Of a stretch of DNA of 50,811 bases, positions 24,871 to 37,122 are shown piece after piece. Each line of letters begins with the position of its first letter. Within the stretch, counting starts at the first letter, position 1. The DNA comes from Octopus bimaculoides. Lineage: Eukaryota. The stretch is taken from NCBI RefSeq assembly GCF_001194135.2, contig NC_068983.1, positions 115,180,794 to 115,231,604 of the forward strand, written 5' to 3'. Under the pieces are notes generated by a model. It searched no databases and was not told the DNA's origin. It was given only the letters and a program-made list of their open reading frames with translations. Position numbers and translations under genes: made by a program.

Positions 24871-24933
<63 letters not shown>
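24674..24933. repeat. Compound trinucleotide array (TAT)n/(TAC)n/(CAT)n
   Basis: Directly visible; only TAT, TAC and CAT units occur. Confidence 0.97.
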
Positions 24934-25519
24934 GGTGTATTGAAGTGTTGAAGTATATTTGAGATAACATCGCGAAAATATGCATTTTGCTAAGATGCAC
25001 TCGTTGAAGGAAATAGTTTTTTCTCGTTTTATTGACAAGGGGTTTTGGAACGTTTGCACATCTAAAAAAAACCTGTACTTTATACATTTATATTATTTTT
25101 TTTATTGTTGCTCATTAGTTATTCAAATAGCTTCTTTTTCTGGAGTAATAGTGACAAGTGCTTGCAATAATGAGGTAGTTGTGATCACAGCCTCAAGAAC
25201 TTCGGTAAAAATTTTGAACGCAATGACATAAAGTTTTAAAAAAGACAAAATAGTAAAAAACAAAAATTTAAATCTTTGATGAAGCAGATACACTAAGCAT
25301 TTACACTTTAACAAATGAAAAATACCGATATTTCCATTAAGTTTAATAGCAAGAGCAACAATTTTTCTTCCAGAATTACTAAACAGAGGGTGGTACTTAA
25401 TAGAGATCAGCTTCTGGAAAAGAAAAGATCATGTGAGGAAGAGATGTGTTATTAGTAAAAGTGCTTCCTCTCCTAAGGAATACATCAAGAAATGTATTAT
25501 TTTGGCTTTCCAAATGAAA

Positions 25520-27060
25520 TAGGTGGAGTTGCGCGCAAATCTGCCTACAGGCTAGCGACGCAATATATAAGGAGGTGAAATACATTGTTCACGAAAAGAT
25601 ACGTTGGTAATAACGGTGACGATTGGTTTGTCATAAACTTTGCTGTACAATACAGCACTATACCACCGCAGAGGTGACACGAAATAACATATGTTCAGAT
25701 ATGGCCTAATATTGACCTGAAAGTATTGATGACCCACAAGGTTACTAAGGTATTCCAGATATACATGGTAGGGAGGAAAGTAATTAGCCTAAAAATGCAG
25801 GGCAGAAATCCAAGCTGCGAAGTGCGTTGAAGGGATTTCAATGAGCAACTTGAGGATTCTCTCAGAACAAGAAAAGGAGTGGAGGAGGAGAGAGAGAAAG
25901 ACCGACAGCAACAGAGGAGGCAGCAATAACGAACAGTGAGCTCCAGAAGCTGCTTCCTTCATAGCAGTACTGGTTGTAGTGAAACGAAATGTTTTAAAAT
26001 TTCCCCGTCCCCAGTGCCAGGAACTGGTGATAAGGATGCTAAAACGTTTTCTCCCAGTAGTACCAACCTATCGTTTTGGTATAATGATTAACAAATAAAG
26101 AGTAGTAGAAAGTTGTTGAGGACAGGATTGGTAACTTTATGTGTAACACTCAAATGATAGACAATCACTGAAAACTAAACCCAAGTATATCAAGAACAAT
26201 AAGAACTACTATCAAGAACTATCCAGAACTTTTCAGACGACATGATAGGATTGGGGCCTATTTCAACACAGAAACTTCTGGGATTCTTATTTTCTAATAC
26301 CAAGAAGGAAGATATTCGAAGTTATGATATGCCTTGAACCAAGCTTTCCTCGATATTTAATGGTTGCGTTCAAAAAGCCGAAATAGAGACAGAAACAACT
26401 GCTTGTGGGTGCTTACATTTTCGAATGTTTCTCTACGCAGACTATAGTTTTATGATTTGTACGGTCAACTAAAGATGGCAGTATGACTTATGGGGCAAAA
26501 AGCCCACTGGACCGAATTAATGATCTAATTAGGCGGTAATTGACGGTGAAAATTATGCACAATACTATAAGTCAACTTCAAAAGGAAAATTAGAAAATAA
26601 TCGATAAGGTATAATAAGCAAGTAACAGTAAAAATAATTGGAAGCGAGAGAGACAGACAGATGCATAATTTATAAGAATTCATTAGGAGAGACAGTGCGA
26701 CCGAATGGTAGCGGCAAGAATAATATTTAACAATTTATTCGACGATAAATACGAAGACTGCTGTTGGTGCAAGGTGTGTGTACTAAAATACGATGGCCAG
26801 AATGAGCTGCACTTTGAGGCAACCGAAGAACGATACGGTAATTAACAGACTACGAAGGGTAGTCATACTTGTAATACTTTTCAGATCTCTTCATGAAGAC
26901 TGAACTGGAAACGAACTTCGATGATTATCTCGATGTTCTGTAGCGAATTGTGGCAGATGAAGTGAAGTGATACAACAATTCTATTTCGGCTCAAGAAAAT
27001 GTAGATGTTATGTCTGGTTGTGCAAGAGTTAATCTCTAGGATTGGATGGTTTTTCTCTCT
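25520..27060 (+). mobile_element. Heavily decayed LINE remnant (possibly L1/Tx1 clade) abutting the transposon at 27061
   Basis: Fragmentary frames RLATQYIRR, GNNGDDWFVINF, PNIDLKVLM, KVFQIYMVGRKVISLKMQGRNPSC (ORF1-like, parallel to 20760-21330) and, at the 3' side, VL*RIVADEVK*Y...SGCARVNL (Tx1 ORF2 C-terminus-like). By-eye only. Confidence 0.3.
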
Positions 27061-29117
27061 AAGCATCTTTTCGAGCATTCAAATTCGCACGTGAGCATTC
27101 GAGTTCGGAATAAGTTTATTCAATTTAGCACTAATTTTACAAGTGTGTTTTTACTCACATTCTAAGACGTGAATGTTAAAAATGACAAATTTAAATGACA
27201 TGTTTTGTCATGCAAATTTTATGTTGTTATAGCTACAAGGAAGAAATAATTTACTTGCTTCTTCTGTCCATGAAAGCTTTTTTCATTACAACAATCGTAA
27301 CCGGTCTGTATCAGTTGCATTTTATATCCCATTCTCTTACACCAACTTGTAATCATGCAGCCACGCGTAAGATACATCCGTATATCGGACGAAGATAGGA
27401 CAAGGCTGATTGATGCCTTAGAGAGGCATCACACCGATTACCTGCAACTGACAGACACACTTAGCATTAAAAGTAGTGTCCGGTCCATAGTAGTGACCTT
27501 CCTACGGTCTGGGAGGCGCCACAAGTTGCCCAGAGGAGGTGCCCACCATGTTAAGGTTGATGAGGAAATGAGAACCAGGCTTCAAGTGATTATTGATGCC
27601 ACCCCACTCGTAACCCTTCCACAGATGAAGAGGGACTTAGAGGCAGCATTGTCCGGAAGCCGCCTGTTTCCGTGTCTGCAATCTCATTGGCTCTAGATAG
27701 GATGTTGGTAACCATGAAGTTGGCCGAAGATGTCCCAGATGCAAGAAATACCCCAAGAACTCTGGAAAAGCGTTATGAGTACGTGCATTGGTTCATTGAA
27801 AAGGGAGTCGTCAGCCATTGAGTATTCATTGATGAACACGGTTACAACATTTGTGCCAGATGGTCTTTTGGATGAGCCCCTTGAGGCGCTCCTGTTCGCC
27901 GAGTTGCCAACCGTCAGCGTAGGAAAAACTGCAACGTCACTTTCGCGGTGTCAGCAGAAATCGGCCTGATTCACCACTCCATTGCGAACGATACCGTTAC
28001 ATGAAAGTCTTTCGAGGAGTTCTTGGCAGAAACAGTTCGAGGATGTCCCCAGCGGATGAAACCGTCTACTTGATCTACGACAACGCGCCACCACACGCTC
28101 GTGTCGAGCTCCCAACTGATGCCGACCTATGGATCAGTCTGAAACTTCTGCTTCCCTACTCGCCGTTTCTTAATTGTACGGAAATGGCGCACTCTACCTT
28201 TAGGGTGGCTGTCAAGCGGGACCTCGCTCGAGCTGAGTTGCAGCAAAGTGTCGGTGACCGGACAGCTGCAGAAGCCGGAATGACCATGGAAGAATGGCGA
28301 GCACATGTCATACAACAGGTCGCAAGGCGCAACATCGACGCTATCACTCCAGAAAATTATGTTCGTTGATACAGACACACCCAGACCTAGCTCCCGAGAA
28401 GCCTCGACCGCCAGGAAATAGACGACTAAATCCTCTCGAACTCTCCTTATCGAAACTGTAGATCAATAATTATCTTAGTGTATATATAGCACCCTTTCCT
28501 CCCGATGAAAGAAAAAAAATACTAAATCAAAGAAATATATACTTTTCCCAACAAGACATATTATGCAAAGGAAGAACACATATCACAACATCATGTATTC
28601 AAAATCAAAGAAAATGAGCATTTGTTGTAATTGTGAGTTTCTTTAAAAAGATTGAAAAGACTGGAATGCGATTTCATGGAGTTTTTAACAATGTACCTAT
28701 GCAAACATGTACGTGTGAAAACATAAAAGAATACATAGAAAAGACATGGGCACGATAGAATGCTTGAAGCATAAACAATGGATGAAAACACATGATTGTG
28801 ATAATAATGATCATGAGATAAAACCAAAACAGCTATTGTGCTAATTTGATTGTTCGAAGTGTTAAATAGATTGCTCCGAAATTAATTTGAATGCTCGAAA
28901 AGACGCTTCCTCGCATTCCGACTAATTTGAATGCTCTCGACGGGCATTTTAATTTGAATGATATAAATGCTAAATTCTTTGACTGAAGTGCGAAATGAAT
29001 GATCGAAAAACGAATTTGAATGACTAACTTCATGGCGCTAATTTTTATCATAACTTTGAATGACCCGATTATCAAATTGAATGACAAACGTACAAAAATG
29101 ACTGCAAAAATCTTTAG
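27061..29117 (+). mobile_element. IS630/Tc1/mariner (ITm) DNA transposon, left end truncated, right end apparently intact
   Basis: Contains the transposase pseudogene. Inverted repeat 27061-27085 (aagcatcttttcgagcattcaaatt) vs 28884-28908 matches 24/25. The right end carries repeated AATTTGAATG motifs and ends ...gcaaaaatctttag|TA (29117, TA at 29118-29119; terminus position is inferred). Confidence 0.85.
27355..28429 (+). pseudogene. DDE transposase pseudogene (IS630/Tc1/mariner superfamily, about DD33E)
   Basis: HTH-like N-terminus (ISDEDRTRLID...SVRSIV...GRRHKLPRGG); after a frameshift VFIDEHGYN (D at 27831); after a second frameshift LIYDNAPPH (D at 28079) and LPYSPFLNCTE (E at 28181), with 33 residues between D and E. 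Two frameshifts and six internal stops. Confidence 0.92.
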
Positions 29118-31290
29118 TATAATTGATAACTGATAGAATTCGTTTTGATATTTTTTCTGAAAGTTATACCTTTCGCTGAAACAGCAATTTCGTTATCTTT
29201 CTGTTCTGTATTCTTTCCCCAGTGACTGTGATTACACATCAGTAATATAATCGAAGAGCTACATAATTTCTTACATGAATTTACAGAAAATTAGCGAAAT
29301 TTTATTCAGAACGATTACAGCATTTGTGTTGATTTATGAAGAAATTTATAAAATTACTACTGGAAGCTATTCTATGAAATCCCGATCTGTAAGGAGCATA
29401 ATGTTAAAGTCTAAGCAAAATAATGTTATCGATGTGAGACGTGTCAGCATTCCTACTAAAATTTCATTTTGTACGTCAAGTGAATCTTTAAAAAAAACGT
29501 TCAGAACAATTTCTAAACGTAAACGTAAATAACAATAAAAAAAACTTTAATCCAGAACAGTATAATTTTAATTTTCTGTGTCGTGTATAAACTAATAATC
29601 TATTATTTTGTATCATATTATTATACATAGACTGACAGCATTCATTTAAAATATAGCCACCTGGATCAGTTGTGTACCATATATCGCGTGATGCTATGCA
29701 ATTCTTGATTCCAAATTCTGTTGAGAAGTCTTTGTTCTCCACCCCTTAAATGTTAATGGAAGAAGAGGTAGTACTATAAAAAAAAATATTTCGACAAAGT
29801 GTACTATATTCGGGACATATCTACTAGATTCAATAAGTAAGTGAAACATATTTGTTTAAGCAAAATAACCAAGTTATTACATTCAGGTATCAAAAGCACG
29901 TGTTACCACTGATGGAAAATGGCAAGATTATGTTAAGTATCTCACATACACTGGAAGCCTTATTAACTGTATCGATAGGGTTTACAAAACATCAAAGGTT
30001 TCAATTCAACAAAAATTAATGAATACAGTTTTATCTGAATCCATCTGTTTTAGACTCAAAACATATTAAACTCTACTATAAGCACTATCAGGCCAGGTCT
30101 CATGTTGTTTATCCGAGTTAGCTACGATCGGATAGATCTATTATTAAAGACAGCCCAGCCATGACAATCCAAACGTTTTTCGGACATAACATACCTAGTC
30201 ACGCTATCTAATATGTATTTAGTTTCTAAGACAACTGGATGCCATTTAAGGATTTGAGGGAGGTTTGACTGCTAGTGATCATATGTTAGTGATCATAGCT
30301 CTCTAGGGATCATATGCTGAATAGTAATGAAATTCACCAGGAGCAAGGTTCATAATTTCCATAAGGATGTTTTTTTTATGTTGAACAAAATTTCCAGCAA
30401 GAACTTGAACAAAAAGGAAAAAAAGGAAAGAAAAACTATCCACTGGATAATCTGGTTGGTGAAAACATGCACAAGACGAGATGAGAGACTTGGGATTTCA
30501 CTGTCGATGAATACAGATCGCTGTACATGAAGAAACCCAATGTCAAAAAAAGATGACAGCGATTTCATGGCTCTCGAGGACAAAAGAAAAATTAATAACA
30601 CTGGCACGAAGCATGAATTTGGTGCGAATGAAAAGAGGACTAAGTCAACTTCAGTGCCCCACGAGTACTTTATCGACCCTAGAAGAATGAATGATAAAAT
30701 CGAAAATCTCATATAGGCCTGAAATTCAAAATGATACGACAAAGAATCGAACTAAGAACATTGTGCAAATGTGTTCTACTGGACCCTCATTCGTCAAAGA
30801 GATGAGAAAATTCAGCTAGAATCTTTTGAAAGAAAATATTCTATTCCTATATAGAATATATATTCTATTCTATTCCTATATATTCTATTCCTATATAGAC
30901 CCAATTTGCAGGATCCGATTAGGGTGATGAATTTCCTTAAATACCTAAATATATGTGATATCTATATATGTATGTTTTATATCTTCCGATAGAAAGGAGT
31001 CACACACAGTAAGTCACACATTCTCAAAACCTCACGCAGTATCTATTTTTGAGAAGAGTTAGTAGTTTTATCACGACTACGAAATTAAAAGCCTTGTTCT
31101 ATAAACAAAATAAAAAAGAGAAACTTTACAACTTCAGTGGTTTTCTTTAGAACAAAACTTTTGTTCAGTTTCCATTCCTTTCAGAAGACGGAAATGGACA
31201 CATCTACCTTTGCCTGCTTTTTGCGTATCAACAATGATTGATATTAAAGCTTATCCGTGAGAGGAACTACTTTTCAAATTGCGTGCATTT

Positions 31291-31781
31291 NNNNNNNNNN
31301 NNNNNNNNNNNNNNNNNNNNNNNNNNNNNNNNNNNNNNNNNNNNNNNNNNNNNNNNNNNNNNNNNNNNNNNNNNNNNNNNNNNNNNNNNNNNNNNNNNNN
31401 NNNNNNNNNNNNNNNNNNNNNNNNNNNNNNNNNNNNNNNNNNNNNNNNNNNNNNNNNNNNNNNNNNNNNNNNNNNNNNNNNNNNNNNNNNNNNNNNNNNN
31501 NNNNNNNNNNNNNNNNNNNNNNNNNNNNNNNNNNNNNNNNNNNNNNNNNNNNNNNNNNNNNNNNNNNNNNNNNNNNNNNNNNNNNNNNNNNNNNNNNNNN
31601 NNNNNNNNNNNNNNNNNNNNNNNNNNNNNNNNNNNNNNNNNNNNNNNNNNNNNNNNNNNNNNNNNNNNNNNNNNNNNNNNNNNNNNNNNNNNNNNNNNNN
31701 NNNNNNNNNNNNNNNNNNNNNNNNNNNNNNNNNNNNNNNNNNNNNNNNNNNNNNNNNNNNNNNNNNNNNNNNNNNNNNNNN
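31291..31781. other. Assembly gap (N run)
   Basis: N run followed by (GATA)n. Confidence 1.
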
Positions 31782-31783
31782 AC

Positions 31784-31860
<77 letters not shown>

Positions 31861-31861
31861 T
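31782..31861. repeat. (GATA)n microsatellite
   Basis: Directly visible. Confidence 0.97.
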
Positions 31862-31991
31862 GAAGAACCAATGTATATAGAGTGGCTATCATAAGATGAA
31901 GATGAAGTTGGTTGCTATTGCTTGCAGAATGCAAATGAATTATAATTATTTTTATTGATGAAACTGCTTATTTGAGGAACCAAGTGATATT

Positions 31992-32039
31992 GTTCTATAT
32001 TTAAGAGATGAGGAATTCCTCATCTCTTAAATATAGAAC
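31992..32039. repeat. Perfect 48-bp palindrome (no spacer)
   Basis: gttctatatttaagagatgaggaa|ttcctcatctcttaaatatagaac, 24/24 self-complementary. Confidence 0.97.
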
Positions 32040-33125
32040 TGTATTATCTAATCGGTATGGAGCCGACATTAGGCTTGAATGGAGACATATAGAGAAACTC
32101 CATCAAAAACATTACATGATTACACAATTGATATTTATCAGCTTGCAAGCACTTAGCGCAGGATCCTCGGAAATGTGAGACCCGTAGCTAATGCTGCTTT
32201 AGCTCTAAGGTTAATTCGACCCTGAAGCCGCTGTCCAGCATGTCTGTGACTATAAAACCTCGTTGACTTGTGAAAATATATTCCGCTATTAAGTTTCTGT
32301 TGGTTAATCTATTCAACAGTTTTAATTGTAGTAAAAATAGCTTACGTATTGCTCATTGTTTGGAAATGTAATTCAAGACCATTGTTTTACACGTTCAATA
32401 GTCTCCTCATCTTAAATGTATTTATTCTTAGATTCTGTTTGATTGCTAATCAGACTTGCCACCAAGTATACACAAATATTCAATTTCAGTTGTTTTGTTA
32501 CCAACTTTGAATTGAATGTTAATAGCAGAAGAGAATAATAGTAAAAAAATCTATTCAAAAATTCATTTGATCTCTTAATTTTTTTATTTAATAACTATTT
32601 TTCACTTTTCATATAAGCACTTATAAACAAAAAGAATGATTATTGTGTGATACTAACATTTTTCTCAAATTAATGGCAAATATGAGAAACAATTTAATAT
32701 GATCGTGGTGCTGATCTTATATTATAATGACCCTCCGTCGGTTTCGACGATTAGTGCCAGTGTTTCAGTTGGATTGAAAGTTCTGACGTTTACCCTTTGT
32801 CCAGGAAGCATTAGTGGTATAAAGGAAATTAAAATGGCGTCAATCAATAGCTGAAACTCTATTGCTAACATAGTTCACTGTTATTAAATTCAAGCTTTAT
32901 ATTGATCGTTCATGATAGAGATAAAATATTTATTAACGAGTCTGTAACAAGTCGCACAATTTAATTGAAATAGCAACTAAATCAGCATTAAATCACACCA
33001 TTCCGCCTTAAGAAGAAGGTTATTTTAGAGACTGTAGTTCAAGATATACTATACTGCAATTTAGTTTTTTCTTTAATAACCCACCATGTTAATAATTTCA
33101 TTGTTAAAAATCAAAATGGTATTAT

Positions 33126-33130
<5 letters not shown>

Positions 33131-33156
<26 letters not shown>

Positions 33157-33166
33157 AAGAAAGAAA

Positions 33167-33217
<51 letters not shown>
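33131..33217. repeat. (GA)n microsatellite
   Basis: Directly visible. Confidence 0.95.
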
Positions 33218-33219
<2 letters not shown>

Positions 33220-34055
33220 CAAGTGTGAAGTTTTAGTTCCGTTAGAATCTGTGATTACGAAAACCACAAACATCTATGTTAAGGGGAATTATATTTAATT
33301 TTCTGTGACAGATTGTGAGGGATAGAAGTAGTTTATCATATTCAAAAGAACATTTAGATCACTTTGAATGGAAAAATAAAGAAATGAAACTCAATCGCAA
33401 AATAAACACCACTAAAGACTCCACTTTTATGTAAGGAATTGTCAAATGAGACCAAATAAGAATAGTGGAGCTTATCTCAATTCCTTCTACCCCTCTCTCT
33501 CTCTCTCTTTCTCTCCCGCTCATTCTCACTTAATTCATTAATTATTGCCAAAGTCACAAGCGCGACATGCAACTGTAATCAAAACTAGTTCGTATAGTCA
33601 GCTTGTCGGGAAATATAACCATTGTACAGTTCACAGATAGGTGATTGTATAACAATAATCTCACTAGTTAATTAGATTTACATCAAGTCTCTTTCCTCGC
33701 CTGTATTTGAACCACTGTGAATGAAGAGAAAACAAATTAAGCTTTAAAATTGTAAGCACTCCCTTTCTCTTTTAGTTACTTTATTGTTAAACGGCAACTT
33801 GTGTCAAAGATTAATTGATACATCTATGGCAAATAAATAAAACTTGGATTGTTTTGATCGTGACAGTATAAATTGGAGAGCAATATGTTGAAGTGGTTAT
33901 TAGACTGGTGAGTGGAGCGTGAAAAGTGATTTATAAATGCCGGAAGGATTGAAATAAAGTAGCAATTACACCGTAAAAAAGTATGTTCTGTCAACCGTAA
34001 TACTAAAAATCAATTTATTTTCATATTGATTTTACTAATGGAAATCCGAGGAACG

Positions 34056-34080
34056 GTGTGAGTGCGCGCGCGTGTGTGTG

Positions 34081-34130
<50 letters not shown>
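34056..34130. repeat. (GC)n/(GT)n alternating purine-pyrimidine tract
   Basis: Directly visible. Confidence 0.95.
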
Positions 34131-34131
<1 letters not shown>

Positions 34132-35706
34132 ACATTGGTGTGTAGTGTATGTGTATGTGTGTACGTGTGTGGTGTGTATGAGTTACTTGCGCTACATCAC
34201 TAGTTCTACAGGGAAAAACTACGAGTTTAACTACTTTCAAAGTTTTTCACCGCCCGAAACACTAACCTTTATCTTTCGTCAAAAGAAACTAAATGGACTC
34301 AAGGCCTTTCCATAATGCACCTTAAAATGTATTTAATGCTTATAGTGGCAGAAATCATTCGACTATCAAAAGGCTAAAGAAATTATGTAACATCCTTAAC
34401 TTTCTCAAAGGTACAAGTAAATGTTTATTTCATTAAAATATTTACAGTCAGACACTGAACTTGAGTAGCTGAATCAATTCTCCAGGAACTTATTTGGGAA
34501 ATCCGTCTATGGTTTATATTTGTGAGGATTTTTTTATATATATTTCGTTTTACACAAGCTTACGGATTTAGACTTATAGTGGAAACGAAATCGAAGACTG
34601 TGCTATGGTTAATCCTTTCTCAACGCAATGGACTGAAATTATTGCAATCGAAAATCGAAACCGGATCATGGATAAATATTGTCATAAGCTACAGATACAG
34701 CACGAGTCGCAGAAACACGTGACATATTTTGCTTCACGATCTTCTGTAACCAGCATATTATTTTGTTGGCTATTTCTTTTCTTTTTTTTATATTTGCTGG
34801 TTCTAGTTATATGGATATACCTAACAAAATCTCTGTAACAAATATCAAACTATTCGGTCGTTATTATTTCCAGAATTGAGTATCCTGACTTAAACATTTC
34901 TTTCTCATAACCAGTTCCCATACTTTCTTCAAAGAATAACTTTATCAATATTCTTTTGGCGTGAAGTTTCTTTTTTTCAGCTACATATTTTTTTTACATA
35001 GGTTATTGATATAAGAAAGTACCTGTCAGACCGTTCTAGCGCAATATTTAATAACGGAGCTTACTATAAATTACATCTAGCTCGGATGTATTTTTAAACG
35101 AGGGCGCATCTTAATCTCCAAGAATATTTCGTATATACATTAACGAACTGCTTGGTATCACGTCGTCTAACATACATTCCAACACAGTTAAAAACTATAC
35201 TTTTCTCTTGGCTATAGCGCACAAATGTTAAAAACAGCGTAGATATTTGCCTAACTCTATACCCACCCTGCTCAGGAACAACACGCAGTCAAAACGGGGT
35301 GCAGGTGACTGTGAGTTTAAGAAGTGCGTTTTTTGGTCACGTGGTTCTGAGTTCAATCCTACTGCTCAGCACCTTGAGCGAATGTCTCCTACCATAGACT
35401 CGGATTGATGAATACCTTATAAGTAGAATTTGGCAAACAGAAAGTATATAAAATCACGTATATCAGAAAAGGATATTGGTACCGGCGAGAAAGCCAACTA
35501 ACCGGTGCTTTAGGAACAAATCCCTTAAGATATTTATTTCCCATCGAGTTACAGACACTTTCCTATCATTCTCTCCATCAGACATGCAACAAAACAATGA
35601 TCGATCCGATGAAAACCTGTAACCAATGGTAAATGAATAAATAAATCGTATAAAACCTTCAGCTGCTATACAAATGCTAGAGCTTACACACTCCCAAGCT
35701 TTTTAA

Positions 35707-35906
35707 TACCGTATTTTCCGGAATACTAGTGAACGCAACACACAGTGTAAACATGTAGTGCAAACATCATCACTATCTTTCCAAATCTTGCTGTATTTCA
35801 CATACAATTTTTGGTTCCTCAAAAGTCTCCCTGGTGTATAAGTAGTCCTACGTTTTTTGGTTGTAAATTCCGGTTTGAAAACTCGATTATATGCCGGAAT
35901 ATACAG
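35707..35906. mobile_element. Degenerate MITE with CCGTA-type ends (Tc2/pogo-like)
   Basis: Left TA|ccgtattttccggaata; right tatgccggaatatacag, an imperfect reverse complement with 3 mismatches in 17. Confidence 0.45.
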
Positions 35907-37122
35907 AAGTAGCCACAGATATCCTAAATAACGATGATTGCATCGCAAATAACATCTTCAGGACAACAAAATGTGTTAGTACTTAATACTTTCCAAAAAT
36001 TTATAAGATACTAGTAAGTCCACATTGAAGAATTGTTCCCACATCTAGAGCATTACATATGATACCAACATAAATGTACTCTTGACTGTAACCAGAGAAT
36101 AAGACCCAGATGATTGGCAAGCTTTTACTTACCGATACATTACAACCACTGACCACAAAAGTAGTGTTGTGTTCTATTACCTTTTCTAACGCTGACAGAC
36201 GAACATCTTCCCAAGTTCATTGTTTTATTCCTTTTAGAACTGAATTCATATGTGACTCTTCAGCAAATAACCTTCATATGTTCAAAGTGAATGTCAACCG
36301 CGTTAACTTTGCGCTGGAAGCCTTGAATGGTTAGTCGATTTGCTATAAACAGTCACGAAGTATATACCAAATTACACTCCATAGCCTCCTAAAACGCTAG
36401 GGCATGACGAATAATATGGTCAAATATATTATGCCTGAACAATAGACGAGATTACCACAACTGGAACACATTTGATCACTGGCGTGCTTGATAAGGGCAG
36501 ATATGGACTAGCGAAAAATAACAACACACTATTCTCCAATTTTGAAAGATGAGAAAATTGAAAGTGCGTTAAGTCCTTCCTAAAGTTAAAATAAAATATT
36601 ATTCCGGAATCTCTAAATATTTTCTTCTACACAAAATCTTTCTAGCCAATGAGAAATAACTTTGTAATCAGATGGATTTAATTGTCGTCATCATTTAGTA
36701 AATGAAATTCAAATAGAAAACAACATAATCCTCTCATTTACAATTTGTCTCAACGTCAATTACAATGTTTCCTAATTAGGCCATTAAAGAGTCTCAGTTG
36801 ACTGAGTATCAGACAAGTTGACGACGAGGATCAGCAATTCATATCCTGTAGTGGCATTGAGAGTTGTCCAAAATCAAAACCAAAACACTTCTTTATCAAC
36901 AGCTCAATAAAATTAGCGTTATGCAGAAAACTTAAGCTGGAATGGTTCACCGCTGCCAGCTGGAGCAGCTCTGCGTGCATTCATGCGAAAACCCGAAACA
37001 TCGATTGTTTTAGGTCTTTTTATAAATGTGGCCGGTTTAAGTCAGTAGTTGAATCTAAAACTCAATAGGATTGATCATATATTGGTGAATGCTTCTGTTG
37101 CTGGGCATTAATGTAGATTAGT

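Noticed and set aside
25170-25192. TGAGGTAGT, the let-7 5' end
   Set aside because: Only 9 nt match and there is no precursor hairpin.
26190-26230. Short repeated aagaac units; CRISPR-like repeat-spacer arrays in general
   Set aside because: No constant repeat with unique spacers anywhere in the window, no cas-like ORF, and the context is eukaryotic.
29660-29745. Possible minus-strand exon VENKDFSTEFGIKNCIASRDIWYTTDP
   Set aside because: Weak TAAG acceptor and GTGGCT donor, isolated, unrecognised.
30390-30545. ORFs near 30327-30742; also 36050-36340, 37418-37884 and 14130-14290
   Set aside because: Best read as faint RTE-type LINE traces (e.g. SWTGHW, LGEL, TWEDV, INGELV, DRCT*R) with many stops. 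Too decayed to annotate, and not host genes.
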